A DNA stretch of 64,000 nucleotides from an uncultured Gammaproteobacteria bacterium (lineage in GTDB: Bacteria > Pseudomonadota > Gammaproteobacteria > UBA9214): contig CAVVHS010000006.1 in NCBI GenBank assembly GCA_963748215.1, positions 768,001-832,000 on the forward strand. Reading direction: 5' to 3'. The translations under genes and the position numbers were made by a program. Below, piece by piece: positions 60,654 through 64,000 of the stretch (its first letter is position 1; the number at the start of each line of letters is the position of its first letter). Below the pieces are notes generated by a model that was given only the letters and a program-made list of their open reading frames with translations, had not been told where the DNA came from and did not search any database.

Positions 60654-63600
60654 ATGATCAGGCTGGCACCCTTCCGTGCAAGCGCCTCTGCATCCTCGAC
60701 GAGACTCTCGACCTCCTCTTGGCTCATTGCGGCCTCTCCGTGTTGCCGCAACATCCCCTCAACCATATCGGCGGCATTGACAACGTCCTGTGCAATCTTC
60801 TCTGCACCGAGCAACTTCTCCACAATGCGCGTGGTAACGCGCGCGGCACTGGGTGAATCGTTGAGCATCATAGCCGGCAATTGTATGCCAAAACGCTGCT
60901 CCAGCCCAAGCGCAAGCTCTACAGCCATCAGGGAATCCATACCGAAGTCGTGGAGGGATCGATTGACATCCACGCGGTCTGCACCGATACACAGGGTTTG
61001 TGCAATCTCCTGCACAACCAGATCACTTACCAGCCCGGTGACTTCCTCCACCGACTTGCCGGCGATCAGTGCCTTGAAATCGATACTGTCCTCAATTTGC
61101 CCTTTGCCCTTGAGGGTTCGATTAAGCATCGCAAAACGTGCACTGGATGACGAAGGCAGCAACCGGGAAAGCGTGTTCCAGTCAAAATTGGCAAGCGACA
61201 CCACCCCCTCATTACGGGCCAATACGGATCCAAGCTCCGCCAGGGCCTCATCCGCTGCCAGCGGCGCCTTACCCAAACGCTGTTCCAGGCTGCCCATGAC
61301 CGCGGCATTGCGCGTCAGGTAGCCCGTGTCACCAATCGGTCCCCAACCGATACTTACCGCCGGCAAGCCCATATGGCGACGAAGTTTCGCAAGCCCCTCC
61401 AACCCGGCATTCGCCGCAACGTAATTCCCCTGCCCGGGGTTGCCGATGCTGGTGGTGATCGATGAGTACATGACGAAATAATCAAGCGGTATATCCAGCG
61501 TCAGTTTGTGCAGGTTCCAGGCACCAACCAGCTTCGGTTGCAACACCGCCACCATGCTGTCTGCATCCAGGTTGGCGATCAGTCGATCGTCGATCACCAT
61601 CGCGGCATGCAGCACTCCCGTGAGCGGCGGCATGGAATCACGCACGTGCTTGATTACAACCTTAAGCTCCTTGGCATCGGTGATGTCACAAGCCATCGCC
61701 TCTACCCTGACACCCTGGGCCTCGAGTTCCTCGATTGCCTCGCCCGCACCAGGAGTGTAGATACCGCGCCGTCCCAACAACACCAGATTTCCAACACCCT
61801 GAGCAGCCAGCCACCTGGCCGACTGGAGGCCAAATCCGGCCAGCCCGCCGCTGATCAGCCAGGTACTGTCCTTCTCGAACGAGGTCTCGGCCGCCTCGAT
61901 TAGCGATTCCTGCAAGGCAGGACGCGCGTCCGCCAGCGACACCACCACCTTACCAATATGCCGCGCCTGTTGCATGAAGCGGAAGGCGTCGACCACCCTT
62001 TCGGCGCTGAATACCCGGTAAGGCAGGGGCGCAAGGGCACCTTCACGGAACAACGCCATGACCTCACGGAACAAACGTGCCGCTAGTTGCGGACGCCCGG
62101 TCAAGAGTTGATCAGCATCGATGCCAAAGTAGCTGATGTTGTCCTTGAATGGCCGCAGGCCAATGGGCGTATTCTCGATAAAATCACGTTTCCCCAGCTC
62201 GAGAAAACGTCCGAACGGCTTGAGCACCCGCAGGTTGCGACGGATGGCCTCGCCCGCCAGGGAATTAAGGACCACATCCACACCTTCGTCATCGGTGATG
62301 GCCAGGATGTCGTCGGCAAACGCCAGGCTGCGCGAATCAAGAACATGATCTGCGCCCAACAGGTGGACGAAATCACGTTTCTCGTCATTACCGGCCGTGG
62401 CAAAGACCTCCGCACCCAAATGACGCGCCAACTGAATCGCGGCAATACCGACGCCACCGGCCGCACCGTGAATCAGCACCCGTTCACCCGGCTGCAAATC
62501 CGCCAGATGCTTGAGCGCGTAGAAAACGGTAAAGAAAACCGTCGGCACAGTAGCCGCCGCCTCGAATTCCCATTCAGCAGGCATCGATGCCAGGGCATCG
62601 GCGCGTGTAACCACATGACTTGAAAAACACGAGGCACCGAATCCCATCACCGGGTCACCGGGTTGAAACTCCTGTACCCGCGCTCCGATACGGCTAACCA
62701 CCCCGGCAAATTCCAGACCCAGATTGGCTCCTGCAAATCCGTTTTCCACCGCCTCGTCCGGGAGCAGCCCCATCAGATACATCACGTCACGGAAGTTGAG
62801 CCCGGTCGCCATGGCACGCACCTCGACCTCATACTCATCCAGCGCTCGCTCCTGCGAGGGCAACCAGAGCAGGTTGCGTAATTGGCCGGGAACCTTGAAG
62901 TCGAGACGGAAGCGCGTTTTATCCTCGGCTGTCTGCCCGGCAGGTACGGCGGACTCGTGCAAACTCAGGCTGTAGCGGGCATGCTTTCCCAGAACTACCT
63001 CATTCACCCCATCCGGCCGCAACAACTCGTTCTGAATGCGCCTCGGCACGTCTGCCGCGTTCGGATCACAAGCGAGGTCGATGAGGGTGCATTCCAGTGC
63101 AGGGTACTCGTTCATCACCACCCTGCCAAAGCCCCACAATGCGGATTGCACGGGATTGCCGGCCTGCTCCGCGGGCAGCCCGGTTCCCAGAGCGCCACCA
63201 TGGGTCACAACCCAAAGCCGCGGCAGATTGTCGGGTTCAGTGAGCAGGCGCTGCACGATGGCCAGCGTATCAGACAGGATCGTCGGGGCCGCCTCGGCGC
63301 CACGTCCCCAGCCGATCATCAGCACCACATGGTCGATATCCTCGACCGGCACAGCCTGCCCAGTGTCGGTGACGATGACCTCCTGTCCTTGGGACTCGAG
63401 CTGGATACCTACATGTTCGGCCATACGCGATGCGGCCTCGTCGGTAAGCAAAACCCATTTCGCCATATCCGTGTCCGGAAGTGCCGTCACTTCGTCCTCC
63501 GGACATCGTGCGAGCAGCAGGTAGGCGCCCTCGGCCAGCCCTTCGGAGGCCGGTTCGGAAAAATTGCCGATGTCTTCAAAACCCTCTTCTTGCAGCGCCT

Positions 63601-64000
63601 GTTTCCAGGCAGCCGGAGAATGCAGAGAGGAAACCGGCAGCCCGAATTCGGCAACATCGGCGGCAGCATCGCCATGCCACCAGCCGGGATCAATACCTTC
63701 CACAAATTGAGCGCTCCAATCCTGGTAGCGCTCAGCGGCCAGCAACAGGCCTCCACCGGCGAGCAAGCGACGCACCCTCGTCAAAACCGCGTGTGGCTTA
63801 TCTGCGCGATGCAGGACATGTCGCAGGATCACCACGTCGTAGCACTTCGGCAACTGTTCATCACACTCCAGCTGCCACTCGACCATATCCAGCGTGGCAA
63901 CGTGAATATTGGTGTCATCCTGATACTCGGTCCGCTGCCGCTGGTACTGCGCCTCGTCGGCGGTCGCCAGCACATAGTCAAGCCGGTCACGCGGCAGCAT
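60650..64000 (-). CDS. wcbR: Type I reducing PKS (WcbR/RkpA-like), 3' part: end of MT, ER, KR, ACP
   Basis: GLNFRD, LIHGAAGGVG, ISGGLAGFG, GNPGQGNYVAAN, FGMDSLMAVEL. Gene continues beyond the window. Confidence 0.85.
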   Translation of the reverse strand: MLPRDRLDYVLATADEAQYQRQRTEYQDDTNIHVATLDMVEWQLECDEQLPKCYDVVILRHVLHRADKPHAVLTRVRRLLAGGGLLLAAERYQDWSAQFVEGIDPGWWHGDAAADVAEFGLPVSSLHSPAAWKQALQEEGFEDIGNFSEPASEGLAEGAYLLLARCPEDEVTALPDTDMAKWVLLTDEAASRMAEHVGIQLESQGQEVIVTDTGQAVPVEDIDHVVLMIGWGRGAEAAPTILSDTLAIVQRLLTEPDNLPRLWVVTHGGALGTGLPAEQAGNPVQSALWGFGRVVMNEYPALECTLIDLACDPNAADVPRRIQNELLRPDGVNEVVLGKHARYSLSLHESAVPAGQTAEDKTRFRLDFKVPGQLRNLLWLPSQERALDEYEVEVRAMATGLNFRDVMYLMGLLPDEAVENGFAGANLGLEFAGVVSRIGARVQEFQPGDPVMGFGASCFSSHVVTRADALASMPAEWEFEAAATVPTVFFTVFYALKHLADLQPGERVLIHGAAGGVGIAAIQLARHLGAEVFATAGNDEKRDFVHLLGADHVLDSRSLAFADDILAITDDEGVDVVLNSLAGEAIRRNLRVLKPFGRFLELGKRDFIENTPIGLRPFKDNISYFGIDADQLLTGRPQLAARLFREVMALFREGALAPLPYRVFSAERVVDAFRFMQQARHIGKVVVSLADARPALQESLIEAAETSFEKDSTWLISGGLAGFGLQSARWLAAQGVGNLVLLGRRGIYTPGAGEAIEELEAQGVRVEAMACDITDAKELKVVIKHVRDSMPPLTGVLHAAMVIDDRLIANLDADSMVAVLQPKLVGAWNLHKLTLDIPLDYFVMYSSITTSIGNPGQGNYVAANAGLEGLAKLRRHMGLPAVSIGWGPIGDTGYLTRNAAVMGSLEQRLGKAPLAADEALAELGSVLARNEGVVSLANFDWNTLSRLLPSSSSARFAMLNRTLKGKGQIEDSIDFKALIAGKSVEEVTGLVSDLVVQEIAQTLCIGADRVDVNRSLHDFGMDSLMAVELALGLEQRFGIQLPAMMLNDSPSAARVTTRIVEKLLGAEKIAQDVVNAADMVEGMLRQHGEAAMSQEEVESLVEDAEALARKGASLII

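Overview
GC-rich, gammaproteobacterial-looking DNA in two parts. The left part (1-~38.8 kb) is a copper-protein and cell-surface region. It holds an MnxG-like giant multicopper oxidase (5' end outside the window, broken by two frame changes) with its beta-propeller/SurA/2xSCO/cytochrome c accessory operon. It also holds a second CotA/McoA-like multicopper oxidase, three FKBP isomerases, cusBA, two VPLPA/PEP-CTERM surface proteins, a cold-shock cluster (csp, RRM, desaturase, rhlE) and a TIGR03790-like protein with a ~70x 18-bp proline-rich stalk and SPOR-like domains. The right part (~39.1-64 kb) starts at an att-like tRNA-Arg 3' fragment. It is an IS-scarred, partly AT-rich ABC-exported capsule locus (kpsS/F/E/T/M/D, multidomain glycosyltransferases, WcbT- and WcbR-like genes). 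The best candidate for a new system: both multicopper oxidases carry near-identical dockerin-like modules, and a cohesin-like PEP-CTERM protein is encoded nearby. This suggests cellulosome-style docking of metal (Mn?) oxidases on a Gram-negative cell surface. Also notable are IS91/ISCR oriIS-like ends in front of three capsule genes and a 128-bp insertion in the T-loop of the tRNA fragment. All family calls come from motif recognition by eye; no searches were run. Several single-base frameshifts could be assembly errors.
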